The notes beneath the pieces are model-generated. The model had not been told where the DNA came from. It made no database searches and saw only the letters and a program-made list of their open reading frames with translations. A stretch of 62,123 nucleotides of DNA, counting the filler. It is 9 parts of 9 records of this genome, joined end to end, with 100 filler letters (N's around TTAATTAATTAA, not from the genome) between each part and the next. Parts side by side here need not be neighbours in the genome. Positions count along the whole stretch, not along the records: positions 28,028 to 33,433 come from SRR31147125_98513; positions 33,534 to 40,480 come from SRR31147125_98746; positions 40,581 to 48,641 come from SRR31147125_99065; 6 more parts are not named here. One strand, given 5' to 3'. The number at the start of each line of letters is the position of its first letter. Within the stretch, counting starts at the first letter, position 1. A program made the translations under genes and the position numbers. Below, one piece after another: positions 32,252-42,570 of the stretch.

Positions 32252-33433
32252 TTATCTGACGTCGATCCGGCGGCGTACCGAATATCCGTCCTGTTCCAGT
32301 ACAAAGGTAATCGTACCGGTTTCCATCGGCCAGTGGAACTCCGCCGGCAGCCGGCCTTCGTAGACGACACGTCCGTTGGCGCTGAGCCGGCCCGTTCCCG
32401 AACCGGCCAGGCTGATGCGGATCTCACCGGGTGTTCCGGCTGTACTGGAGCCGGAGAAATAAACGGCCCCTTCTACAGGATAGAGTATGTCGGCGGGCCC
32501 GGCGTCGGAGAATTCCAGACTGTAGCCGTATCGGCGGGCCCAGTGGATGTATTCCTGGGGATAGTGCAGCTCCACTGAACCGCCGGCGCCCCGCCGGTGC
32601 CAGTCGCAGGGGGCCGGGGCACTTCCCCAGGCGAAGGACTCCTCCATGGTGTAGGGACAGTCTTCGGTGGCTTCCATACCGCTGATACTGCAGATCCGTC
32701 GGGTCTCGAGTTCCGAATGCACGTGGAGATCGCCCTTTTCACTCCAGCGGTCGAAGGTTTCGTGAAGCACGGCGGCCGGAATGGACGATCCCGGGGCCGC
32801 GATAACGGTGGAACCGTCAAAGTTCCCCATCCAGACCGCGCCGAGGAGGTCGGAGGTGAAACCAACCGCCCAGATGTTGTTGAACTGGTTCGATGTACCG
32901 GTCTTGATCGCTGCCGGATAATCGAAACGTACGGGGCCTGTACGTCCGAAGGTCATCACCCGGTCGTCGGCGCTGCTGATGATGCCGGTGATGATGTCCG
33001 CGCTGTCCAGAGACCAGACCCGGATTCCCGGTGCCTCATCGTCGGTCAGGAAGCGCAAAGGGCGGACGATGCCTCCGGCATACAGGCCCCCGAAGCCCCT
33101 GACCAGTTCCGCCAGACTCACCTCGCCGCCGCCGACGGCCAGGCTCACTCCGAGACCGTCCCGCTGGTCTTCCAGGCTGTTGAACCCGGCGTCCACCAGG
33201 GCATCGATGAAGCGATCCATCCCCAGCCGCTCCAGGGTGTACACCGCCGGGATATTCAGACTGGCCGCCAGGGCCTGCCGGAGCCGGACCGGCCCATGGA
33301 ACTGCTGATCGTAATTCATCGGAGTGTAGACATACCGGTCGCCGAATTCCATCGGGATGTCCGGAAGGATCGTCGAAGCGGTCCAGCCCATGTCCAGGGC
33401 CGTGGCATACAGAAGGGGTTTCAGGGTGGACCC
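32252..33433 (-). CDS. pbpC: Penicillin-binding protein 1C, C-terminal part
   Basis: GSTLKPFLY at the contig edge, PMNYDQQFHGPV, SLNIPAV, KTGTS; C-terminal beta domain. Confidence 0.85.
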   Translation of the reverse strand, partial: GSTLKPLLYATALDMGWTASTILPDIPMEFGDRYVYTPMNYDQQFHGPVRLRQALAASLNIPAVYTLERLGMDRFIDALVDAGFNSLEDQRDGLGVSLAVGGGEVSLAELVRGFGGLYAGGIVRPLRFLTDDEAPGIRVWSLDSADIITGIISSADDRVMTFGRTGPVRFDYPAAIKTGTSNQFNNIWAVGFTSDLLGAVWMGNFDGSTVIAAPGSSIPAAVLHETFDRWSEKGDLHVHSELETRRICSISGMEATEDCPYTMEESFAWGSAPAPCDWHRRGAGGSVELHYPQEYIHWARRYGYSLEFSDAGPADILYPVEGAVYFSGSSTAGTPGEIRISLAGSGTGRLSANGRVVYEGRLPAEFHWPMETGTITFVLEQDGYSVRRRIDVR

Positions 33434-33533
33434 NNNNNNNNNNNNNNNNNNNNNNNNNNNNNNNNNNNNNNNNNNNNTTAATTAATTAANNNNNNNNNNN
33501 NNNNNNNNNNNNNNNNNNNNNNNNNNNNNNNNN
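33434..33533. other. Artificial contig linker
   Basis: N44-TTAATTAATTAA-N44. Confidence 0.98.
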
Positions 33534-34715
33534 GAAAACCGAATTCACAGGGGCGATGCCGGGCAGATACCTGGCCGCCAGTACCCCTGCCAGCCAGGCA
33601 ATGACGGCAGTGGGCCGGACCGCGTCAAACCGGGTCTGGTCAAGGCTGGCATACGCTCCTTTTCTGACCAGAAAATAATCGGCGATGATCACCCCGCCGA
33701 TGGACGGGAGCATGGTGTTCAAAAAGCTGAGCCATCCCACAAAATTATTGTAAAGAAACAGGGCCATAATGGTACCAAGGGCACCGTTCACCAGGACCAT
33801 CATTTTTTTGGGCAGCCGGGTAATATTGGAAAAGCCAAGGCCCGAGGCATAAAGGGCGCTGTCATTGGTGGTCCAGATATTAAACCCCAGGATGACCATG
33901 GCCCAGACAATCATCCCCTGCTTCATCAATACTTCAGAGATATCGGCCTGCTGGTAAAAGGTGGCCCCCACGGCCCCGAAAAGAAACATGAGGCTGTTGC
34001 CCAGAAAAAAGGCGATTACCGTGGTGGAGACTGCGATTTTGGTGGTCCTGGCAAACCGGGTGAAATCCGGGGTCAGGGTTCCCCCTGAAATAAATGAGGC
34101 CACGCAGATGCCGATGGCCGTAAACAATCCCATGGGTTCGGCAGGTACGGCATCAAACCAGGCCCCCATTCCGCCGAACTCGGAAAATGCCGTGCCCACG
34201 GACATAAAGCCCAGGACGGCAATGGCCGGCACCGCCACCAGGCTGAGCAGGGTCAGGGCCCGGATACCGAACCAGGCGGTTGCGGTCATGACGGCCCCGG
34301 ATACGCCGATGATCAGGTTGAGGTCCCAGCCGGTCACTTTCTGCACAGGCAGGGCAAACATGGCCACACCAACCCCGAACCAGCCCACCTGGGTGATGCC
34401 CAGAAGAAAGGAGGGCAGAAAGGATCCCTTTTCCCCAAAGGAATACCGGGCCAGCAAATGGGTGGAAAGTCCCGTTCTTGCGGCAATGGCCGCCAGAAAC
34501 GCCGTATAGCATCCCAGAATCAGGTTGCCGGCCATAACGGCCCCCATAAGCTCAAAAGCAGTGAGGCCCACCCCGAGTTTCCCCCCGGCCCACATGCTGG
34601 CGGAAAAAAAGGTAAATCCCAGCATCACCACCATCATGGGAACAAATCCGTTTTTATGGCCGGGGGCCACATGTTCCAGGGCAAAATCCGTATCGCCGCA
34701 TCTCTTTTCCTTCAT
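33534..34715 (-). CDS. codB: Cytosine permease (NCS1 family), 3' truncated
   Basis: GFTFFSASMWAGG, GITQVGWFGVG, GGTLTPDFTRF, NIWTTND. Confidence 0.92.
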
Positions 34716-34791
34716 TTTATCCCCTTCTTTATTGATCTGGTTTTATATATAAGTGTTCCGTTTCCAAATAATAAACGGACAATTGATACCT

Positions 34792-35778
34792 CTAATCTCT
34801 CATCCTTGGGATCCACGCCAGTTGTTCCTCACAAATCCCTTTTAAATCCACCGGGCCGAACTTTTCCGGCGCCAGTTCCGGAAACCGCTCCCCAACAAGT
34901 TCTTTAAAATCCACACCCGCATCCGCCAGATCCTTTACCCTGGCCCAGTAATCGGCCAGGTCTTCCAGGTACTCAGGGATCCAGAAAGCCCTGGATCCGG
35001 CGTCATAGATGGTGCATCTCTGGATGGGATAGGCAGGATCCTCGTACTGGGAGGCAATGAATTCCGGCGCCATAACGGCATCCCGCCGCAACAGGTCGGT
35101 ACCGGTAACCTTGATCCTGACCGGGGTCTGGGGGACGGGCACGGTAAAGCAGCCCTCAAGGTAAACCAGAACGGTTTTTTCAAATTCCGGAAACCGCTGC
35201 CGGCACATGGCATCGGTGGCTTCAAGGATCTCGGCGGCCCTGGGGCTGCCGATGGTGAAAAAGACAACAGACCGGATCCGGGTCCCCTGGTTCACGGCCT
35301 CGGCCACCAGGGCTTCCATGGCATGCTCCAGGCTGGTTCCCGTGGCCACGACATCCCCGATGACAATGGAGGCGGTCCCGGGCATATAGACCTTGGAGTA
35401 ATCGCTTTCCACAATATGCCATTGCTCGGGGGAATCGTCGTCCCTGGCCCGCTGGGCAGAAATAAAAGAGGATCCGTGGCCGTTCCAGCCGAATGCGTCG
35501 GCAAGGGCTTCCCTGAGGCCAAAGTTGAGCCCCCCCCTCAGGATATTGAATACAATGGTCTGGGCCTCTTCAAGGCAGGTAATTCCGCTGGCGGAAAGCC
35601 GGCCCAGAATACGGGCGCAGGCCCCCTGGAGGCGGCGGGTATAATCCACGCCCATGACCCGGGGATCATTGGCGATGGTACGGGTTTCAGGCGTGGTGGC
35701 AATAATCTTGTCTATGGATTGATGCCCCGGCATGCGGTAAAGACCGCAATCAGGGCTGATATCTATTTTTTCCAGCAT
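34792..35778 (-). CDS. Divergent type I phosphoribosyltransferase, UPRT-like
   Basis: NILRGG, IVIGDVVATGTS (PRPP loop), YDAGSRAF; ATG at 35778 with GGGAG RBS; directly upstream of codB. Confidence 0.6.
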   Translation of the reverse strand: MLEKIDISPDCGLYRMPGHQSIDKIIATTPETRTIANDPRVMGVDYTRRLQGACARILGRLSASGITCLEEAQTIVFNILRGGLNFGLREALADAFGWNGHGSSFISAQRARDDDSPEQWHIVESDYSKVYMPGTASIVIGDVVATGTSLEHAMEALVAEAVNQGTRIRSVVFFTIGSPRAAEILEATDAMCRQRFPEFEKTVLVYLEGCFTVPVPQTPVRIKVTGTDLLRRDAVMAPEFIASQYEDPAYPIQRCTIYDAGSRAFWIPEYLEDLADYWARVKDLADAGVDFKELVGERFPELAPEKFGPVDLKGICEEQLAWIPRMRD

Positions 35779-36017
35779 AAGGTCTCTCCCTGGGCTGATG
35801 GTTATCCGGCCGTTTTTCGGCCCAGCCCACGAAAAACCGGACAAGGGGCATGCCCCATACATACAAAAGCCCCGGAGCATAAGGCTGCCCCAAGGCGATG
35901 GATGCGGCCACGGAAGTTTTCCCTCCCGGGACTGCCGGCAGATGGGTTCAAACCTATATCTGCCGGCCCTTGTCTTGTCAGGACCCTGGAAGCCAAAGCC
36001 CTGCCGTGAGCTTTGGT
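35779..36017 (-). ncRNA. Candidate structured cis-regulatory leader
   Basis: About 240 nt between the promoter and ATG, with several strong and mutually exclusive stems, a U-tract and a possible pseudoknot next to the SD. Confidence 0.45.
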
Positions 36018-36046
36018 CTTTTAGTCGAAATTTTGAAAAAAGTCAA
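36018..36046 (-). promoter_or_regulatory. Sigma-70-type promoter
   Basis: TTGACT-N17-TAAAAG on the minus strand. Confidence 0.5.
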
Positions 36047-36226
36047 TAGACTGGCCTGGCCCGGGGCATACGCATTTAAATCCATCCAAGGCATGAACCC
36101 GCCACTCTGATTCAAATTCAGAGTGGTAATCGATTGGGATTTCGATATGGGTTTAGAGTTTGCTGGGCGCCTGGGCTCTATATGCGATCCCCCCGGCCCG
36201 GCCTATGGATAAACTGCCCTTATTTT

Positions 36227-38424
36227 TCATATCCTGAACTGATTAACCATTTCATTTAATTTCCCGGACAGGCCTGACAATTCAGCTGCATTGTCTTCCA
36301 CCCGGCGGCTGCCGTGACTTATTTCTTCCGATGCCTGACTGACCTGGGAGATGTCTTTGGTGACCTCTCCGGCCGCAATTGAAGTATGATTCACATTTTT
36401 ATTGATTTCCTCAATTCCCTGGGCAGCCTGGCCGACATTGCTTGAAATTTCACTGGTGGCTGCCGATTGCTCCTCAACCGCCTTGGCCACTGCAGAGACA
36501 ATTTCATTCACTTCATTAACAACCTTGACAATGGCACGTATGGCATCAATGGATTCGCCGGTAGTGGCCTGGATCCCGGCTATTTTTTCATCAATCAGGG
36601 TGGTGGCCTCTGAAGCTTGGGCAGCAAGGGCTTTTATCTCCCCTGCGACAACGGCAAACCCCCGTCCGGCGTTTCCGGCTCTTGCCGCTTCAATGGTTGC
36701 ATTCAATGCCAGAAGATTGGTCTGTTTCGAAATCCCGGATATGGTATCGGTTATTTCCCCGATTTCAGATGCTGAGCGGCTGAGCCCATCCACTTTTTCA
36801 GACACATCCCTGGCACATTGGACAGCTTCGCCTGTAATCCGGCTGCCTTTTGAGGTGCTGCCTGCAACCTCATTAATGGTGAGACTCATTTCTTCGGATG
36901 CGGCGACAATTTTCTGGATATTGACGGTGGTCTGTCCTGTTGCGGCAGCGACATTTGTCATCTTTTCGGACACCTCCTGGGCAGCTTCGGCCACACCTGC
37001 AGATTTTTTGGCGGTCTGCTCCGAATGGGCTGTAATCTTTGTGGAGATATCGGAAAAATCAACGGCAGAGGAAGCCAGGGTCGCCGTATTCTGGAGAAGG
37101 CCCTCAAACATGTTTTTAAGACTGGCTGACATTTCATTTAATGCCTGTGACAGACTGCCGATTTCATCCCGGCGTTCAATTTTAAGTGACTCTGTGAAAT
37201 CGCCGCCTGCCAGCTTTTGAGCAAAGGCCACCCCCTTAAACAGGGGAAGGGTGATATTTCTGGCCACAAAATACCAGGTGAGTGCTGCAAGGGCCAGAAC
37301 AATCGCAATGATACAGCACTGGATAATATTGTTTTTCCGATGGGTTTGATTAATCTGGGTCACCACCGCCTGAAACTCCTCGGCAGGGGCGCCGGCCACA
37401 ATGATCCAGTCCCAGGGGGCAAAATATATAAACCGGGTAATTTTTTCCTTTTCCGGCATGCCCGGCCCATCATGCCACACATAATTTTTTGCGCCGACCT
37501 CTCCCTTTGTCAGCTGGCTTGCGGCACGGATCATTTCCCGGATGGGGAAGCTTCCGTCAGAGGTTTGTCTATCAGCAATAATGTCTCCGTCATACCTGCC
37601 CTTGCTGGAAATAATATACTTACCCCTGGAGTCTATCACGGCGACATACCCGGTCCGGCAGACTTTAGTTTCCATAATGGCATTGCGGAGGCTGGTGACG
37701 CTTTTCTGGGGAACCCCGACATAGAGCATGCCTATGATTGCATTATTTTTATCATAAATGGGCTCGTAGGCGGTAATATACCATTGGTTCACCACAAGGG
37801 CGCGGCCTTTAAAAATTTTCCCGGAAAGTATGGCTGAAATTACCGGATTGGCCTTGCCGTCCGGATTCACCGCCGGGATATAGGTTCCAACGGCCCGCTG
37901 GCCGTTCTTATCAACAACATTGGTTGAGACCCGGAGCATGCTGCCGGAGTCGTCCATGCGCTGGAATATGGTACAGGTGCCGCCCACAAGGGATTTAACC
38001 TTGTCTACAACAGGAGATGAGATGTTCATGCTGTGAGACTGACCGATCCAGCGGCCGCCTAAAAGCAATTTTTTGAGAGCCAGAGGGTGTTTCTCATTGG
38101 TATACTGATTGACCGCGGGCCAGTTTACGGTCTCCTCGGACAGGGAAAGACTGCCCTGCCGGCTTAAAATATCCCGGGCGACATTCAGGGACTGGGTAAC
38201 CTGGGACTGGACCAGTTCCTGGCTGGCCGTACAAGTGGCATAAACGCCTTTGACCACATGGTCAAGATCGGCCCCGGCCATCTGTGTTGTTTTTTCAACG
38301 ATCATCTTAGCGGTATGAAAATTCTGCACAAAGGATATGAAGCAAATAAGAAGAAGGGGGCGACACTCAGCAATATGCCATAGGCAAGCAGCCGGGTTTT
38401 CAAACTCAGGTTCAGATTCAACAT
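36227..38424 (-). CDS. Methyl-accepting chemotaxis protein with Cache sensor domain (frameshift in a C-run near 38358)
   Basis: [29 protein letters not shown] and Cache regions; the true N-terminal TM starts at ATG 38424. Confidence 0.93.
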
Positions 38425-38786
38425 GTCAGGTCCTTTATGGAAAAATGATCAGATCAACAATATACACGCTCTTTTCTTATAGATTCTTTGTCCTGTCAGC
38501 CCGGCAGCCAGCAACGACCGTTAGGCATTCATGGTCGATATTACACCTAATAAAATATTTCAAGAAAAATAAAATATCTAATACTGATAAATGTTATCCG
38601 ACAACCACTTACCCAATAAAATCCGGCGAATATCATGGACATTCTGGTTTAAATTAAAAGAGACCCATAAGAAATAGTATGTAAAAACCGTATACAAGGC
38701 CCTAAATGCGGTTCTGTGAATGGTACGAACACAATGCCTGACCCCTGGCATGACGCCTCCGTCTTATTTGCCTGTGACGCCCGAAA

Positions 38787-39464
38787 TTACCATTTGAACA
38801 CCAATGGCAATATGGGACGGAAGTCGTGACATTGGCCCCTGGATTCATGATCAAATCCAATTTGCATCAAATGGGCGTTCCCTTTGCCCACCCCTACGCC
38901 ATGGACATGAGCGGCACAGAGCGCAGGCTCGGAATAGTTTTCAGTATCTGGCATCCTGAGCTGCAATGAGGTTATCTCACGCAACCCCATGGCATGCTCA
39001 CAGGGTTGCCGCATTTCGCCCACGGCCTGGTCAGGCCTGGAAGCAAAAGATAAAAAAAACCACATCGGCTCATTTACAGGCGCGTTGCCAATATCAATCT
39101 TTAAATTTTCCGGCAAATAGATGGGCTGATAGCCAAAACTGGGAAACGGCAGAGAGGGATCACCCTCTGTTTCAGGCCTGAAACAGATACCAAATGGTGA
39201 CACCGTACCATCCTTGGAGGCAAACCGCTCATAAAGATGTGTCGGCGCTGTCAGTTCGCTCTGAATTTCGGCGGGATCAGTCAGATACAAAAGCTCAATA
39301 TAGGCGTTTTCAAAGAAAAACCTGCGATTGCCGGTTCCCTGTCCGGGATGCCGGTTTGGTGTTCCTTCGGTCAAGCCAAAGGCATTGAGGACTTCTGCCT
39401 CCGGCGCTCCGGGTGCCACACAGATAAATATATGATCAATTTCCATATCAGCCCTTTCATTCAT
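38787..39464 (-). CDS. VOC/glyoxalase-like domain protein
   Basis: IDHIFI...HPGQGTGNRRFFFENAYIELLY. Confidence 0.8.
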   Translation of the reverse strand: MNERADMEIDHIFICVAPGAPEAEVLNAFGLTEGTPNRHPGQGTGNRRFFFENAYIELLYLTDPAEIQSELTAPTHLYERFASKDGTVSPFGICFRPETEGDPSLPFPSFGYQPIYLPENLKIDIGNAPVNEPMWFFLSFASRPDQAVGEMRQPCEHAMGLREITSLQLRMPDTENYSEPALCAAHVHGVGVGKGNAHLMQIGFDHESRGQCHDFRPILPLVFKW

Positions 39465-39578
39465 AGAATCCCAATATCCAGAGCCATAGCCCGCAGATTA
39501 AAAAATTTCAGGGGACCCGGGTCAGGCCACACGAAAAAATCTCATACCAGCATTTCTGAAGCCTGTAAATATAATCGC

Positions 39579-39872
39579 ATGATGAAAACCGCCGATCCCG
39601 CACCCGCAGAAAGCACCGACATACTGATTGACGACGCCCAGCACCCCGACCAGGATACCATCTCCGGATTCGCCGCCCCTGCCGACCTGGGACCTTTAAA
39701 ATCCCATACCATTGGTCCGCCTGGCATTCTGGGCCTGGGAGGCGTGCCCGGCGGATACCCGTCTGCCACGGTATGGTTCGATAATGTGGCTGTGAATGCC
39801 CTATACGTACCAGGCACCATCCTGCTTCCGGCCGGAAGCAGACGGAAAAAGCATACAAAAACAAGAACTTAG
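39579..39872 (+). pseudogene. Degenerate PEP-CTERM-like protein remnant
   Basis: Ends WFDNVAVNALYVPGTILLPAGSRRKK, resembling a PEP-CTERM sorting tail with the TM helix deleted; no signal peptide. Confidence 0.4.
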
Positions 39873-39894
39873 AGATAGGGTTCAGTGATAGGGG

Positions 39895-40480
39895 TTAAAC
39901 AGGTTTTTCCCCGCCGGGATGATCTTCCGGGGTCGCCTCGGCCGGGGCTTCGGTCTCAGGGTAGACCATTTTTCCACTCATGGACAGATCATATCCCCCG
40001 TATTCGTCTGCGGTTCTCCGGATGACCTTGCCCTTGAGCTGGGAGAGAAAAAGCTGGATCCCCTGGTCAAAAAACCGGTCCTTATTGATAAGCAGGTCAA
40101 ATCGCTCCCAGGTGAGAGGGACAAAATCAAGGCCCAGAAGATTGGCCACGGCCCGGATTCCCGGACCGGCGGTGGCCCGGCCCGAAAGCACGGCAAGGCC
40201 CACATCCATGTGCCGGGATACACAGGTCTCATACCCGGGTATGGTTTCCCCGGCCACCCCCTGGTTTTTCAGTTCCCGGTCAAAAAGCTGGCGGGTTCCG
40301 GTGCCCAGGCGGCGGTTGACCATGGAAAGCCCCCTGTCCACCAGATCCTTTACGGACGAGATCTTTTCAGGATTCCCCTTGGCCACCATCAGCCCCTGTT
40401 CCCTGCGGCAGAGGTTGACCACGGCGGGCGCCTGGACCATTTCCCCCTTGATAAAGGGGAAATTATACTCCTGGTTGTCC
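39895..40480 (-). CDS. Substrate-binding (PBP_like, molybdate/tungstate-type) domain protein, probably a regulator; 5' truncated
   Basis: REQGLMVAKGNP, VNRRLGTGTR, LGLDFVPLTWERFDL. Confidence 0.8.
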
Positions 40481-40580
40481 NNNNNNNNNNNNNNNNNNNN
40501 NNNNNNNNNNNNNNNNNNNNNNNNTTAATTAATTAANNNNNNNNNNNNNNNNNNNNNNNNNNNNNNNNNNNNNNNNNNNN
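40481..40580. other. Artificial contig linker
   Basis: N44-TTAATTAATTAA-N44. Confidence 0.98.
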
Positions 40581-42537
40581 GAGGAAGAAGAGGAAGAAGA
40601 GGAAGAAGAAAAGCAGGAAAAAGTCGAGCCTAAGGAAGAGACGAACAAAACCAACAAGCAAGCCCTGATGAATGCCGCTAAGGAAGAGCTTCCGTGCGTT
40701 TGGGAAAGGATCGAATTCCTGCTCATGATCGTCCTCCCCAGATATACCTTCATCGCTCCTCAAACCCTGAACGAGTTCCATGAAATCCTTGGCGACTGGA
40801 GCGTTGAAAATCGTTCCCTGATTATCGAACGGATCCGGGCATGTCATCACACAAGTCTGGCACCGGAGAACAAACTGAAGCTCCAGACCTTCCTCTCAGT
40901 ACTTCTGGGCCATTTTGTACATCTGGCCTCGGTGAAGCCATTGCCCCGGGACGAGGTATGGAACACCATCACACACACCCTGCACTTCCCGATTGACGTC
41001 CAACACTCCCAGTTGGACATTCTCGTTCGTCCGCTTTTTGAGCTTACGCAACAATTTCCCGACGCGGCAGCCAAGTTGGCCCGCGAACGGCTCCTTCGGA
41101 TGGGAAAGCGTCTTCGTGTGGCCCTTGCCCAGTATGGTGCGTACCTCCTACTCCTTGTAGGGTTCCAATGATCCTTCTGGATATAGAAACAACGCAATGG
41201 CCTTCTGTGGAATCTCTCCTTTTGTTACACATGTTTGGTTTCCTCTTCCCAACCTCTGATTTCCAGCATAGCGTGACAACGGTGAGCCCCAGAAGTGCTG
41301 TGTCAGGCTTACCCTCTCTTTCCAGCCATCTCTGATCTTCATGGGCCATTGTTTGGATCGATGTCGTGTTTCCACAGGGCGTGATGTCATGTGTGGACTA
41401 TTTCTATGTCGTTTATCCTCAAAGGTTCGTGTCGGACATCCGGGTACCGCCCTTTCTTGACAAGCCTTGCTCAGTATCTGACCCGATCAAAGCGTATCTT
41501 CCCCGAGGCTGTTTCTTTCCTCACCGCCTTGCTTGGAACCGCCTCCGCCTCCTCTTCCTCTTCTTCTTCCACCTCTTCTTCCACCTCTTCCACCACCACC
41601 ACCACCCTCATCAATCGGGACATTTTTTCGTCGTTTGAGATGTCTCCCGCCCTCCAAGTGTCTAGCCTTCCATTGGGTGACTTCCTTGCTGAGGATGCCA
41701 CGAGCCCGGCTTTCAAGGGCCCAGAGTTTCGGTATGTTGATGGGATTGATTCTCTTGCCACTTTCTCTTCTTCTTCTTCCGTAGGTTCTCTGTTCTTTCT
41801 GCAACGTACAAACTTCTTCACGAATTTGTTTCGCTGTACAAGGACCAACTCTCCTTCCAAGAGATCTTCCTTCCTCTACAAAAAGTCTTGTCTGTTGCCT
41901 CGGCGTCCGACTATCCCCCCTCACTACGTGTACGTTCCTCCTACCCCTCCTCGCCTGCCTTGTTCATCTCTTCTCTTCAGCACCTTCACGACGAGTTGAT
42001 GCAATTATTGAAAGAAAAGGCCGCACAATGCATATGCACACGAAAACCCCTGCAGCTTCAAGCGCACAAGCCCGTGCCACTCAAGCTCTTCAATCCCCGT
42101 TTTGAGGAAACGTGCGATGTCTGGTTGGTGCTCTTTTTGCCTCCTCCAATCCCACCCCACAGGTTGCTTGCGGGGAAGGATACCGATCCAGACCGAGACG
42201 TACGTTTGGTGTTGAAGGTAACTTTCTCACTCACTTGACTTCATTCATGTAAGCGGGCCATCATGCGAGGACTCCAACGCAAAACAAACAAAGAAAAGCG
42301 AGGTGCTATTCGTGAGCTACGAAAGGACAATTACTTCATTGAGAAGGTGAGTGGTGTAGGCCTGGCTGTACAGTACATTTTCGTGACACCACAGGACAGG
42401 AGCGCCAGAAGCAGAGACACGAAGTAGATGAGATGCTTGAAGCCAAGACAAAGGATGTAATGGCACTCTTGGAGGCTCAGGAGCACATGATCAAAACGAT
42501 ACAAATGCCCAAAGACAGGAAGAAGAGGAAACAGTGA
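40581..42537 (+). CDS. NOP14: Eukaryotic nucleolar protein 14, 3' half, with 10 GT-AG introns
   Basis: Splicing introns 40694-40741, 40956-41012, 41137-41186, 41282-41325, 41425-41474, 41732-41784, 41930-41980, 42112-42162, 42200-42253 and 42347-42399 gives ELPYTF...FPTSDFQHSVTTP...KRIFPEA...KLFNPRFEE...DPDRD...KEKRGAIRELRKDNYF. Confidence 0.9.
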
Positions 42538-42570
42538 CGGAAGGGAAAGGAAACGTTGGTGTTACTTATG

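Noticed and set aside
35840..36017. The leader as 6S RNA, SRP RNA or a canonical ykkC riboswitch
   Set aside because: The ends can pair, but the 6S synteny, the SRP GNRA-capped helix and the ykkC P3 consensus are not visible; kept only as an unclassified candidate
41541..41606. (CCT/CTT/CCA)n run as a separate repeat element
   Set aside because: It encodes a poly-Ser/Thr low-complexity loop within a NOP14 exon
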